Source: a virus (lineage: Duplodnaviria > Caudoviricetes). Taken from it: DNA of 64,000 nt. The translations under genes and the position numbers were made by a program. The notes under the pieces are model-generated. The model saw nothing but the letters and a program-made list of their open reading frames with translations, did no database searches and was not told the origin of the DNA. The stretch lies in IMG/VR virus record IMGVR_UViG_3300027782_000030, positions 96,001 through 160,000 of that record. One strand, written 5' to 3'. Numbering within the stretch: the stretch's first letter is position 1; each line of letters opens with the position of its first letter. Shown in pieces: positions 15,001-22,094 of the stretch.

Positions 15001-18000
15001 TTATTGCTGTAGGTGAAGCTGGGGTCATCTACACTTCTCAAAACGGAGCATCTTGGTTTGGTATTAATGAGACAACTGTGACCAGTGTAAATTCATCTAG
15101 TAATATATTGAATGTGGCTGCTACTGCAGGATTTAATGTCAATGATATAGTAAGATTTACTGAATCGTTCAATGTCATTTCTTCGGCTACGACATATTAT
15201 GTGGTTAGTATTCCTAGTCTAACACAAATACAAGTTAGTACAACTTTAGGCGGATTACCGATTACTTTAACTTCAGTTAATCCAACTACTACTGCCTACA
15301 TGTATCTATATCCTAGAACACAGGATCTCAATGATGTATTATATGCTAACGGTGCATTTATAGCAGTAGGAGATGCAGGAACAATACTAACCTCTGCAAC
15401 AGGGTATACTTGGACAACTGTTGCATCAGGTGTTGTTGAAAATCTAAATGGTATTAATTACAATGAAGATGATGGTGTTTGGATAGCTGTAGGAGACAAT
15501 AACACTATCATTACTAGTGATGACAACGGAGCAACTTGGACTAGCAGTTCAGTATTAGTAGTAGATCCTACTGTTTATAATGTACAGGGTGCAGAATTTT
15601 CATATGGATATGGTCCTGAAGAATTAGTGCCTGGTGTGGTTACTGATAATATAATGTTAACCGTAGCCACTCGTCCTGGAACAGATTGGCCTGCCGTAGA
15701 GTATCAACATGTTGGTTACAATGTAGTAAGTCTAGAATTAACACCCGAGTTTGAGAATCAAACATATTATAGTTTTCTTTATGCTGTTACCACTCCAGCA
15801 CAATTAACAGTGTCGGTTATAGATGGTACTACTGGAATAAGCACAACAATTTATCCTGACGCAAGTTACTATATAGATTGGGTAACTAGTCAAGTTATTT
15901 TAAATAATCCATTGACCTTTTCGCCTGTTGCAGATAGATTAAGAATTGATGTATATGAAGTGGGTAATGGAAATCAGCTAGTAAAATCTAGTACTAAATC
16001 CGATCCAATTAGAATTAATACCACTACTGGATGGAACGAAATTAACTTAGATTGTAATTATTCTGCTACTAGGTTTAATGGTAGTGGGGTGATTAGAGCA
16101 GGTACAGAACTTAAAAACACTGTGGCAACAGCAACTACTAGTAGCACAAATATTATCACCTGTGCCAGTGTAGAAGATTTTGTTTTAAATAGTCCTATTA
16201 CTTTCCAAGGTACTACTTTTGGTAATATTTTAGAAGATACTATCTATTATGTAAAGACTATTAGTTATGTAACTAGCAGTATTACTGTTTCTACTACCTA
16301 CAATGTAAGCACCGGTACTGCAGGACCCACTTTACCACTCACTACTGATACAGGTTCAATGGTTGTAATTATTCAAGTTGGTTCGGGTGCGGTTTGGACG
16401 GATCCTATATGTTATCTGAATGGTGCTAAATTAGTTTTAGGTACTACTGAAACAGTTACAAAAACAAATGGAATAACCAATACAGTTACCTGTCATACTA
16501 CTGGTACATTAATAGTAGGTCAAAATATTACCTTTAGTGATACAATGTTTGGTGGAGTTATACAGCCCCAAACAGTATACACTATACTAAGTATCAGTGA
16601 CGCCAACGAATTTGTATTAGAAGATCCTACTAACCCGGGTAATCCATTAGCATTAACTACTGCTACCGGTGGCGCCGAAATCGTTACAAATGATTATGCA
16701 TTTGGAATTGCAGAAGACGGTATAACTGCAAAGATAGTATTTGCAGTTGGAACTTATAATAATCAAAGTGATTATATATCCTATACAGTGTTTGGCGAAA
16801 CTGTTCCTACTCAATATGGCTACACTATACCTGAAACTCAAATTATATACCCAGCGACTGGTGGTAGCACATATGCATTGACTAATTATGTGGGGACAGA
16901 CAATGTTACTAATGCAATAGTTGAAGTTAATGGACTACGAGTATTAGATACAAATTATACTATTGATCCTAACCTAGATGAAATTACTTTTACGACTATT
17001 CCAGCAGTGGGCGATACTATATCAATTACATCATACAATTTAACTGATAGACAGTATCTAAGCACAATGTATGATGTAAATTCTGCAACAAGCACAGTGG
17101 CTAACATTGTAGCTATTAACAATACTATAGCTCCTTATATTGCTACTACTAATGTATCATCATGCACATCCGTTGGCAATTTAATCACCTGTGTAAGTAC
17201 ATCAGGGTTTGTAATAGGTCAAACCATTATCTTTAAGGGCACTGGATTTGGTAATATTCTTACTGATGGAACTGTTTATTATATTAAAACAGTGCCAGGG
17301 TTAACCACATTTACTATTAGCCAAACCAATGGCGGAAGTGCTTTTGATCCAGGTACAGATTCAGGATTAATAGTTGCATATGTGGGAGGTACCCCGGCCG
17401 TAAGAATAACAACAGGTGTTCCGCATGCATTGACAACTAATGAAATTGTTAGAATTGATGGGACATTAGGTTCTATTCAACTTAATAATAATACTTTTTA
17501 TGTACATGTCATAAATTCTACCCAAGTTGATTTATACTCTGAAGCTTATGACCCTGCATTTGCAGCAGTTAATTACCCAATAACTGCTATATCAAGCTAT
17601 ATAAGTGGGGGATATGTTTGGATTGATACTATATTCACTCTAGTTACTGTAGATGCAACTGCAACTTCGACTGATCCAATTAATGGAAATAGAATTACCG
17701 TGTCAACTACTCTTAATCTAGTAATAGACACCCCTGTCATATTTACTGAGTTTGGTACAGCTTTAGGTGACACATTATTAGGTGGATTGGTTGCAGGAAC
17801 TACTTATTATATTAAAGAAATCTTTAATTTAACTGAATTTTCAGTGTCCAGTGCTAGAGATGGCGATGAATTTGTTTTAACTAATGACGCAGGAACAATG
17901 AATGTTACACAGTGGGAACAGGACAATGTTGATCGTTTATGGGTAACTGTTAATGGTTATCGTGTACCATCAAGTTCATTGAGAATCAACCCTGCTAATA

Positions 18001-18728
18001 ATTTAAGCATATTGACTACAATTCAAGTAGGTGATGTAATAATTATTACTAGTATGATGCCTTCTCCGACTCCAAATGAACAAGTGTTTTTAATTAATGT
18101 GAATACGGTGAATCAAGGTGTAGTATATAGAGCAAATACACAAACTAGAACTTGGTTAGTAGAACCACTTTATAATACACATGACACGATATATGTTGAT
18201 GATGTAACTAGAATAACCGATACAGTAGTACAAAATGTTACAACTCCCGCTCCAGTTGATGGTATATACAGTATTGGCTTAAGTGCTGATAAAAATATGA
18301 TTTCTAGCATTGCCGTATTCAATGTTAGTACCAATCTTACTGTCCCTAGTAACACCTATGAAATTGTAGTAGAAAATTTATCTCCTATACTTAAAATTAG
18401 TACGGAATATGTGAACACAGGCGATAATTTAATTATAACCGTCTTAGAAGGCAACATGTTGTTTATTAATGGGGAGCAGATTAAATTCACTAGCGTAGAC
18501 TTTGATTATAATAGTATAACAGGGTTACAGCGTGGAGCAAATGGCACAGGTGAACAGGTATACATCCCGCAATATAGTGAGGTATTTAGTTTATTGTCAT
18601 CTAATAGAATGACTAATATCCTATATAATCAAACTTGGAACTCATATGATTATAATCCAACTCTAGGAGATCCGTTGCAGATAAGTAATACTCAAGCAGC
18701 AGTTTTCTTAAATGGCGATGTTAATTAA
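3..18728 (+). CDS. Giant virion structural protein (tail/baseplate hub-fibre mosaic), 5'-truncated by the window edge, >6,240 aa
   Basis: The frame of the 159..18728 ORF is open back to nt 3 (ADNSRLFNSQFYSWDSFTNLDKIINFNQYYW...), so the TTG at 159 is not the real start. The protein is T/S/V/N-rich. It has FG-GAP-like repeats (~6830-8820), Asp-box/BNR propeller motifs (~14400-15550, e.g. TSDDNGATW) and about 16 copies of a ~55-aa P-I-x-F-x-G...GG...YYV module. Confidence 0.8.
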   Translation, partial: ADNSRLFNSQFYSWDSFTNLDKIINFNQYYWIPEGPEQVVVSSDTVFATNDYLVTDVVNGYNIIPVTSTEAGTTNPTLTLLRGGTYTFAVNQSGQFWIQGAPGVTGYSPTQPNLQTRDVYGVDNNGATIGTVTFTVPPKDAQNNYNFPGNNLVDVVSDIPFNEVNGARVSDLGGIDGVTALNGLTVMFYNTGITNEIGFTSNFFDYTNYDYNNNLVATETVDVTATASTGNLITCDSTSNLVVGNSIVFSGVGFGGLSIYSETLPDTLYFVESITSPTEFSVSLTVGGAQVVLSDDTGTLVGTTNQGLLEEGFYTTVNQNFYTIEYIGDVANPIIRLIPSSLIPTNQKITANFGTQWISRVFYKNEFGIINIVPFISAPLDTLYYQDGTSANKVGIIRIIDSNITNTLDVETDILGQLQFTATNGVVFTNGLKVVFQGDVIPASYKTGAYYVEGVGSGIELIPVSNLISPDPFTASTYVPWDTTAWDIGNWEGTSYIPVTPDYITIARNSIDLNAWSRSNRWFHIDVINATAEYNNDPTLFTLYATPENKAKRPIIEFYPNLRLFNTGTEGKDPIDFIDFRTTDAFSQVAGQENYYPDVTAYTGYDAVIATVVADTTTDIVIPIDSVQGTFAIGQYVADSTNLLPTNSYITDIVTTTTTVTLTIEWTFATSFTGTAVASVISTDTTVDNYALFDGSRVVFAVDTDANVRNKIYVSRFSSINGSTPVITLTEATDGEVLVNQGTVVLRGYVNQGNDFYFDGIEWIEAQEKITVNQPPLFNVFDENGVSFGNADLYVGTSFIGNKLFAYGIGAGINDIVLGFPIRYSSVDNVGDISFDVSLNLDTFNYVQGNEPITQRVNTGYVHQAVNRTEYIRQIGWQTAVSPSIQYQIFEFDYDVLNPTTTFTCDIAMMDVADTNWPNIEVYINNVIQDNTTYTVTVNSNSTVVTLNDTIIDNTVIQILLLSNQVSKTAYYSIPINLNNNPFNEDITVANVGDIRGQYQSIFFNNPNTTGPVFGSNNFRDLGNLVPWGNRIIQNSASLVLPSVFLRKQNHSLFNSLLFNNREYIKFKTLLVDTVNNTDYVQRYSPSEILDNALDQITFSKTDNQPFFWSDMLPSKAAYITNTYTFANSLDVSIYSLSRIYDFTTANYYGVLVYLTRTVENITATKQLIINQDYTVSSDSPSLTITLDLLPGDIITIKEYNQTYGSYVPNTPTKLGLYPAFIPAVVQDINYSQPTYFILGHDGSYNKLYGNYLPNANLLVDFRDQALLEYETRVYNNLKLSNAIPIQAYEVLPGFFRTTDYSFDEWLEIYSVGFLNWVGQNRLDYKRQLFQTNNEFTYNYWQSGNAINREAIYQGYWRGIYQYYYDTSTPNTTPWEMLGFVNKPSWWETRYGPAPYTSDNLVLWTDLSEGIDWNDGNPVVIPAAVRPELLQVIPVDSSGDLLSPLRNIVGSYNSNIFQRDWKVGDDAPVEFSYRRSSSYPFDLMRILALTKPAEFFNLGVDLDNYKYSEEFGQYLVNNRSHLVISNVEIYGSGTAKTSYINWIVDYEKQVGVDATANITTLLDNLDVRLVYRLAGFSDKTLLKFYVEKGTPNSRNASLLIPDESYSILLYDNQPFNRVIYSGVVVQINQYGFSVFGNSQTQTYFKTLKPYYNGNYERIAVDNLTVKVSQDHSEVEVIVPYNTIYGTVQEVATFLSNYGAWLRNLGLTFEQQANELEINWNQMIAEFLYWAQTGWEEGSIVTLNPAARTIAFNKDSNIVQPLTIQQTNFILNQNLYPIQNRDLAIIREGTLFTATALNDGDAISYAQFNISNFEHGIVFDNITLFNDILYNLVTGLRQNRITLRGTKSADWNGTVDAQGFIYNQDNIKEWNNTVTYTKGEIVLYKNKYWVALKIVQPKLVFEELEWKRTDYDEIQKGLLPNSSTRSYESTLYYDVNKANLENDADLLSFSLIGYRPRDYLALADLTDITQVNVYKNLIKSKGTRNATNAFKGANLPQGGIDYDIYENWAIKSGEFGGLLNNNFVQFKINQNYMTGNPSIVGLTNGVYNEGVQQEVPLYSLFNYGRPITSVDILPTISAQEPSTVYPTAGYVNFNDVKMSSYFYSQLPLAVDSNNLVVPLSRLYVRDYVWMANYLQRWEVFTPKSMGIILNVSNNLNDTATVTFKTPHNLTRFEPFAIVNFSDAVNGYYISTVVVDQYRVLITLTLDPSVTNITGQGVGFRFQSQRVAQPSNIADLPLLDSEFFKNTAWVDENTDGGWAVYRKGINYQYQLEFTKSSSDTFGSAVATGSQLGYLIGDADLGQAYRYTFNDLTQTYALVQTLSSGTSFGSTIAYSSDIYVISEPTTSPYIHIYQLQNSTLSDDLIVYQAAIAAPGGVTNWGSAVAISGNTNWIYVSDIVNNTVHVYRKANITTPATNLTAGQTYIITDAGTTDFTLVGATSSDVGTAFVASGVGTGTGLATKSTYQKVTSIDGDALSLTVAGDNFGYSLATDYYGDTLIIGTPNKDYSATIDNWGYVYVFDRAVQNIQVQTNSVPLTPQVFNLAWTPTTLSKTLTATNSTGNLLTLNSVAGITVNDPIIFTGSGLAGTEIIADEVYYVRSIVGSDITIKLGRFTTSAVTVATVSSISVPTTVQNTPIYVSVNGTLVEDSEYAIISNTLIYTGLLSAGDIINVSGQDFTLIQTLTTENTPKVGVHFGNSVDTTIYASEIIAGAPYELVTQIKEGAVYRYTNGGGKYGIIIGTSDVNVTTPRNVLINGFLVTVPTGNATTVANAINAVAIPNIVASAIDGKLVLSLVDNNLAQVNEKILLSATNSATLGELGINIFTQTQTVECPHTNSRTQFGTVVKFNEYGSFVASAPVGTRFSDTTFDFIDDENQDNDTVFDNNTTTWIDTFPNAGAVYMFDYLANYNESLLNCGKFVYAQSVNGQNLEYGLQPNYGTALDFNNYSVIIGTPGFSPTNGQAIAYTNTSNQKDWSVYRSSAPVVDINGIANIQLFSARTNETLINMDYIDPLQGKILGAARENIDYVANTDPATYNNGELVPSNLVWGAIQIGQIWFNTTNVRYVNYHQNNNTYNSKYWGTLFPNSDVAVYTWITSDTLPINYIGSGTVYDPTKYSIQYVINPSGALSPIYFYWVRDTGIITPNLGKTLADSIIAAYIANPRNSGISYFAPLLPSVYALYNVGDYINANDSVLNIGFGTGTSDDVVHNQYDLIRVNFADDFLPGLPDIYLGETEPYSLYARLLDSLSGTDVSGQVVPDPFLPLAVQTGVLVRPRQSFFYDRLGAVKNFFESLNEIVKEYPFFEISDATFIYASGEFFDATNYWETINWWAPGYNDNTKSTIQVPIYSDLATLSVTEGTIVTVATNGLGLSETYIFANNEWLRIGLTNGTIKFKSSLWDYAGARIGFGDNFFDTSPYDYYPSEETRWLARALTEQLPSELLIYRNKILILLFEYIVSETIETQNYLPWLNKTSFIDVAHTIRELLPIEVFQSDNQTFLEGYLNEVKPYHVVIKDFLFKYTGTNVYQGNITDFDVPAQFNTSIQRWVSPQLVYSNPSDVNQYLPTSPIWQEPDYINWFQNYGVSLTGQDGVQITTLTSYLALNSAEMSVNNAQGFPINGVVQIGTEQIGYSSVDRNLSVLTGLTRGVNGTLITNHIPGELIYINLPAVLVLDGGRGYTEPPKVIAYIDPLLYPLPTVPAVLTAVMSLDSVLRVDVVNPGQGYAVLPKIIIDPSTVISFASSAVSTTYNTIILYAPLLQTGDLVQYKVSAGGTQIGGLENNQWYYVNLLETSPTVVVALYSNYTDATYDVNRVKLFSTGTGDQSLSLGAKASAISTALPVRENNITLRFDRTTYTSQVIDWQAGQYYGAYYAGEYNNSESVASSSIKLQSTQPPISSILASAQGAVFEIENVRNDRVVTYSSFIRQVASTQILDNSITLTTFSNNPLDVNASGSTIGFYVGMPIKFAGAVIGGLVNDTVYYVHSIIDDTNFTISESSTGSPVKTLSNGTVSAAGLECYVGEVTDTAILTVIYPAITNVTATQAATNALTIPLNATGTGGTIGFYINLPVFFTGTMLGGVIENQVYYITTVINNQTFTMSETTNPITLNITSTDGTFDYITTSDDTSVLSINEPIIFNTMVVVGVDVLTFGGLVSGTTYYVSAIVNASTFQVSASINGPSLNLSTVTTATTTSALMTSQKNIVQLTTATGSDMVININLPVSPGQVNGQQFTLYQTSEQYIGLTGTDGSLINRTIGAVIGTTDIVALTSLSGGTTNVYIGMPLEISQNIGSLVTGTTYYVIDVGTIEIECTSTSSSTDAITCDTTDSLYVDMPIIFTGTSLGGISINVEYYVHTIVDGTHFKITGSPNDAVITLQNSNGTMIGTGEPYIQLSTTIGGSVEPTGDSQQAASISVASPAVITVAAAPANGTKVEFRSTGALPTGLFENITYYVINSAVTTFNVAYVPSGTAINTTGSGSGTNIVIVTDEVFIDQTPLAVPEFDVSYILGGYRAVISDPGLGYAVNNTITILGTDIGGTSPLNDLTITVDAVNGTGEITNVACSGTVAGVTDSYYLQVISPNELAVYSNPLMTVPVSGINFPYIGITSTTATGTNLGTDIITVDSTTGFLVNDPVVFTGNVVGGLVLGQTYYILDNVNFTSTTLQVSETPAGSVFNITATTSVQSFTMAKVGDFALLPEPFNFNQSIVKFNNRVYVCVVSNNDQEFIFGKWELLTSGDRRLNALDRIIGYYQPTINMPGVDLTQLVDGIIYPNSTYLGNAFQPDQQFEIDTYLQDQPFYPTEVQSKSVVWNGTNYFVVADTSSYSTILYSPTGDDWVFNKVSDSNLATTDLNYVNGKYLITTNNPATPILLSIDGVEWTASESYVSLGEVTATPIADGQLVLNSINYFNGVYIAVGQNINTSIDGVTWRERFKFTNGLTNELYSVFGTTIALSAPYIAVGKGQFIDYSTGLQTVSNINLVYTSYDSINWNQATPVTNKGFYGITYDTNIFIAVGEAGVIYTSQNGASWFGINETTVTSVNSSSNILNVAATAGFNVNDIVRFTESFNVISSATTYYVVSIPSLTQIQVSTTLGGLPITLTSVNPTTTAYMYLYPRTQDLNDVLYANGAFIAVGDAGTILTSATGYTWTTVASGVVENLNGINYNEDDGVWIAVGDNNTIITSDDNGATWTSSSVLVVDPTVYNVQGAEFSYGYGPEELVPGVVTDNIMLTVATRPGTDWPAVEYQHVGYNVVSLELTPEFENQTYYSFLYAVTTPAQLTVSVIDGTTGISTTIYPDASYYIDWVTSQVILNNPLTFSPVADRLRIDVYEVGNGNQLVKSSTKSDPIRINTTTGWNEINLDCNYSATRFNGSGVIRAGTELKNTVATATTSSTNIITCASVEDFVLNSPITFQGTTFGNILEDTIYYVKTISYVTSSITVSTTYNVSTGTAGPTLPLTTDTGSMVVIIQVGSGAVWTDPICYLNGAKLVLGTTETVTKTNGITNTVTCHTTGTLIVGQNITFSDTMFGGVIQPQTVYTILSISDANEFVLEDPTNPGNPLALTTATGGAEIVTNDYAFGIAEDGITAKIVFAVGTYNNQSDYISYTVFGETVPTQYGYTIPETQIIYPATGGSTYALTNYVGTDNVTNAIVEVNGLRVLDTNYTIDPNLDEITFTTIPAVGDTISITSYNLTDRQYLSTMYDVNSATSTVANIVAINNTIAPYIATTNVSSCTSVGNLITCVSTSGFVIGQTIIFKGTGFGNILTDGTVYYIKTVPGLTTFTISQTNGGSAFDPGTDSGLIVAYVGGTPAVRITTGVPHALTTNEIVRIDGTLGSIQLNNNTFYVHVINSTQVDLYSEAYDPAFAAVNYPITAISSYISGGYVWIDTIFTLVTVDATATSTDPINGNRITVSTTLNLVIDTPVIFTEFGTALGDTLLGGLVAGTTYYIKEIFNLTEFSVSSARDGDEFVLTNDAGTMNVTQWEQDNVDRLWVTVNGYRVPSSSLRINPANNLSILTTIQVGDVIIITSMMPSPTPNEQVFLINVNTVNQGVVYRANTQTRTWLVEPLYNTHDTIYVDDVTRITDTVVQNVTTPAPVDGIYSIGLSADKNMISSIAVFNVSTNLTVPSNTYEIVVENLSPILKISTEYVNTGDNLIITVLEGNMLFINGEQIKFTSVDFDYNSITGLQRGANGTGEQVYIPQYSEVFSLLSSNRMTNILYNQTWNSYDYNPTLGDPLQISNTQAAVFLNGDVN

Positions 18729-18744
18729 ATGATAAATAAATACT

Positions 18745-18897
18745 ATGAAAGATAAATCTTCAGAAAGCCAAGAAAATAAGGTTCCAGTACCTGAAAAAAA
18801 ACCCAATGAAAATGGAGGTTTTTATTTTTCTTCGCATCTGAAAATTACAGACCCAAATACTAAACAAGTGCTAGTGCAAAAAAGAGGCGATAACTAA
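18745..18897 (+). CDS. Small 50-aa protein (not in ORF track)
   Basis: ATG at 18745 follows TAAATAAATA. It reads MKDKSSESQENKVPVPEKKPNENGGFYFSSHLKITDPNTKQVLVQKRGDN, and its stop overlaps the next ATG (TAATG). Confidence 0.75.
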   Translation: MKDKSSESQENKVPVPEKKPNENGGFYFSSHLKITDPNTKQVLVQKRGDN

Positions 18898-19517
18898 TGT
18901 CGGTGATTACATTATCCTATAGAATAGAAGGTTTTTTGAAAATCTACGATCCAAATAATGGAGAAATATTTGTAGAAAAGAAAAACGCTATTAACTACGA
19001 AAACATGTCAGAAGCTATTGCTAATACTTTAAGTAGTCGTGGTTATGGTGAGATTTACGAAATGGCATTTGGAAATGGTGGGGCAAGCGTAGACGAAACA
19101 GGTGTGATTACATATCTACCTCCAAACACAACTGGAATTAATGCATCATTATATAACCAAACTTATGCTAAAATTGTAGATGATACTAGTGTGTTTAATT
19201 TAGATCCTACTAGAAATAAGATGACGGTTACCCATGTAACTGGAAAACTTTATACAGACATTTTGGTACAGTGTTTATTAGACTATGGCGAGCCTGCAGG
19301 ACAAGATGCATTTGATAATAGTACACAAACTGACGGGCAATATGTATTTGATGAATTGGGATTATTGGCTAATTATGGTACAGATAATCTTGGACAAGTA
19401 ATAACACGATTGTTAACTCATGTCATCTTTCATCCTGTACAAAAAAGTTTAAATAGACAAATTCAAATAGATTACACAGTGCGAATACAAAGTCTTACGA
19501 ACTTGGTAACTATTTAA
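18897..19517 (+). CDS. Hypothetical structural protein (tail/baseplate region)
   Basis: 206-aa ORF translationally coupled to the upstream small ORF; sits in the structural block. Confidence 0.7.
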   Translation: MSVITLSYRIEGFLKIYDPNNGEIFVEKKNAINYENMSEAIANTLSSRGYGEIYEMAFGNGGASVDETGVITYLPPNTTGINASLYNQTYAKIVDDTSVFNLDPTRNKMTVTHVTGKLYTDILVQCLLDYGEPAGQDAFDNSTQTDGQYVFDELGLLANYGTDNLGQVITRLLTHVIFHPVQKSLNRQIQIDYTVRIQSLTNLVTI

Positions 19518-19550
19518 GATAAATAAAAAAGATATCGGAGTAATTGAAAA

Positions 19551-20777
19551 ATGGCATATACAATTGTTAAAAGTGATGGTACAGTATTAACGACCATTCC
19601 TGATGGTACAATTAATACAACTAGCACTTCTATTGGACTGCCGGGTAGAAACTACGCAGGATATGGGCAAACATTAGATACAAATTTTGTACATCAACTA
19701 GAAAATTTTGCCGATACTACTCCACCTGCTAATCCTCTAAGAGGGCAACTTTGGTATAATACTAATAATAGTACGCTTTATGTTTGTCCAACTGACGGTG
19801 AAGCTAATTCATTAGCATGGTTGGCATTAACATCTACTTCTAGTGGTGGAACAACTACATTCGGTGCGGTGACTGTAACCGGTAATATACAATCAAATAA
19901 TATCTCTGCTGTAAATAACAGCAATGCAAACGCTGCTACATTTAGCTATCTTACTGTCTCTGCAAATGCCAATATTGCAGACGCAAATATTACTTCTTCT
20001 AATATCGGTGGATTAATAACAACTTCTATATCTACTGGATCAGCAACTACAGCTGGTACACTAACAGGAGTTTGGACAGTCTCAGGTGGTGCTGGTGGTG
20101 CAGGAGCAAACGCTGTAATTTTTAATAGCGGTGGAATTTATATTAGTAATTCCGCAGGTGGTAATTTATACGGTATTAAAACTGACAAATATATGTACGC
20201 AAACGGAGATCCTATCTCTTTTGCAGGTACATATAGTAATTCAAACGTTTCATCTTTTTTACCTACTTATAATGGCAATCTTCTTGCTGCAAACGTTCAA
20301 ACACCTATTGTTACAACCGGAGCTAATACCACTCCAGGCACTATAACAGGTAATTGGACTCTAACAACAGGATCTAGATTTAACGCAACATATGCTGACT
20401 TGGCTGAAAGATTCGAAGCCGACGATCTATATGATGCAGGTACTGTAGTTGAATTGGGCGGAGAAAGAGAAATAACCTCAGTGAAGTATGAACTAAGTGA
20501 AGATGTATTTGGCGTCATATCAAATAGCGTAGCATACTTGATGAATTCAGGGGCTGGATCAGATGCTACTCACCCTGCTGTAGCAGTAGGTGGTAGGGTA
20601 CATGTTAAAGTCACGGGTAAAGTTCATAAAGGTCAACGATTGGTAAGTGCTGGTCAAGGTATTGCTAGAGGTGCCCTAGAAGGCGAAGCGACTGCATTTA
20701 ACACAATTGGTCGTGCATTGGCTAACAAAGAATCACTAGATGTTGGTACAGTAGAAGCCATTGTTATCATACGATAA
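19551..20777 (+). CDS. Tail fibre/spike-like protein with C-terminal peptidase G2/intramolecular-chaperone-like domain
   Basis: N-terminal anchor-like segment (GRNYAGYG...ENFA...P.NPLRGQLWY) and low-complexity S/T/N/G beta-rich shaft. The C-terminus has YADLAERFE...GTVV...FGVIS...GRVHVKV...G.RLVS. SD GGAG lies upstream. Confidence 0.65.
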   Translation: MAYTIVKSDGTVLTTIPDGTINTTSTSIGLPGRNYAGYGQTLDTNFVHQLENFADTTPPANPLRGQLWYNTNNSTLYVCPTDGEANSLAWLALTSTSSGGTTTFGAVTVTGNIQSNNISAVNNSNANAATFSYLTVSANANIADANITSSNIGGLITTSISTGSATTAGTLTGVWTVSGGAGGAGANAVIFNSGGIYISNSAGGNLYGIKTDKYMYANGDPISFAGTYSNSNVSSFLPTYNGNLLAANVQTPIVTTGANTTPGTITGNWTLTTGSRFNATYADLAERFEADDLYDAGTVVELGGEREITSVKYELSEDVFGVISNSVAYLMNSGAGSDATHPAVAVGGRVHVKVTGKVHKGQRLVSAGQGIARGALEGEATAFNTIGRALANKESLDVGTVEAIVIIR

Positions 20778-20786
20778 GGATAAAAA

Positions 20787-21740
20787 ATGACTTACGCACA
20801 ATATGGAACGGTACAAGCATCAGATTTTAATACGCTAGTAGGCGGTAACCCTACTACAACATCAGGTACACTTAATGCAGTTTGGGCAACAGGTGGTACA
20901 AACGCAGGTTATGGACAAACAGCGGTAGCTAATGTGGCAGCAGGTGGTTCAGTAGCGGCGACAAGTCAATGGGCTAGTTTAGTAAATAATACTGCTAATT
21001 CTGCTTCACACCAAGGTACTTCCATCACTTCAGTTACCGCACCTGCAGCAGGTGGAACAATTACATACCTTTCTGCTATCCCTACAAATTTAACAACGAT
21101 TTATACAAGTAGATTGAACGCTGCTACACAGGGATCAACTACAACAAATACCGCTACATATGGCAGCACTTGGTCAACTGCCATTACATTTACTCACACT
21201 GTTACTTTTAGTTCAGGTGACGCAGCACGTTACTTTTTTAATGCAGGTGGACAGTTGAAAGTTACATGTGCCCATGCTAATAATACTGCAGGGATAAATC
21301 TATTATTAAATAACTTGGCAAGTAACGTAGGTACAGTAGCATTAAGCTCGCCAATAACAGGTTCTGTTACAATTGCAAGTACATCATATAATGGGGTAAC
21401 TAGAGTGGGAGGCGGTGGAAATGCACCTACAATTTCTACTAATTCAGGTTACTATGCTCTTGGAGTAGCTAATACTACTCTGTTTACTCAAACTGCTAGT
21501 ACAGGTCCTGCTGGTTATTTAGCTACATACATAAGCATAATTGCTAAGACAAACGGCACTCAAGGGTCGAACGGAGATGTAGGCAATATCATCACTATAT
21601 ACACAGTTTGGGATGAAGTTCCAGACGGTTTAACTGCTGGCACAGGTTCTGCAACTACTGTTACCATAGTGCCACCAGAAAGTGTTTATTTACCAAGTGC
21701 TAGTTGGGGAACACCTACAGTCACCGGCACCGTAGTATAA
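20787..21740 (+). CDS. Putative tail/fibre structural protein
   Basis: 317-aa T/G/S/A-rich ORF in the structural block. Confidence 0.6.
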   Translation: MTYAQYGTVQASDFNTLVGGNPTTTSGTLNAVWATGGTNAGYGQTAVANVAAGGSVAATSQWASLVNNTANSASHQGTSITSVTAPAAGGTITYLSAIPTNLTTIYTSRLNAATQGSTTTNTATYGSTWSTAITFTHTVTFSSGDAARYFFNAGGQLKVTCAHANNTAGINLLLNNLASNVGTVALSSPITGSVTIASTSYNGVTRVGGGGNAPTISTNSGYYALGVANTTLFTQTASTGPAGYLATYISIIAKTNGTQGSNGDVGNIITIYTVWDEVPDGLTAGTGSATTVTIVPPESVYLPSASWGTPTVTGTVV

Positions 21741-21788
21741 TTTTATACCACTAGTAAATATCCATCTAAATACTCGTAGGAGAGTATT

Positions 21789-22094
21789 ATGGATACTAAG
21801 ACACTAATTGCAGATGCTAAAGCTAGATTTAGCCATAATGCAGCCAAAGCTTATTTAAAAGACAAGTACGATAGCAAATTTATTGTTGCTGATCAAGGTG
21901 GACTTTGGCGCGCCAATTTAGAAACTATTAATTTTTTGAATGCAGTGACAGATGAAAGAGTTATTTTAATTGACACCTTTGACAATCCTGTAGAAGTAAA
22001 TAGACAGGAGTTAAAAGATAAGTTATATGCTGCATACAATGTTAGCATGAATAGTTGGCATCAAGAATGGGTTGAACTAGAGAATAAACGATGA
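21789..22094 (+). CDS. Hypothetical protein (possible fibre assembly chaperone)
   Basis: 101 aa with SD AGGAG. The function is a guess from its position after the fibre genes. Confidence 0.5.
   Translation: MDTKTLIADAKARFSHNAAKAYLKDKYDSKFIVADQGGLWRANLETINFLNAVTDERVILIDTFDNPVEVNRQELKDKLYAAYNVSMNSWHQEWVELENKR

Noticed and set aside
1814-18355. Minus-strand ORFs inside the giant gene (1814, 2915, 8174, 11015, 16653, 18170)
   Set aside because: They are antisense shadows of a continuous coding frame, with no RBS or motif support.
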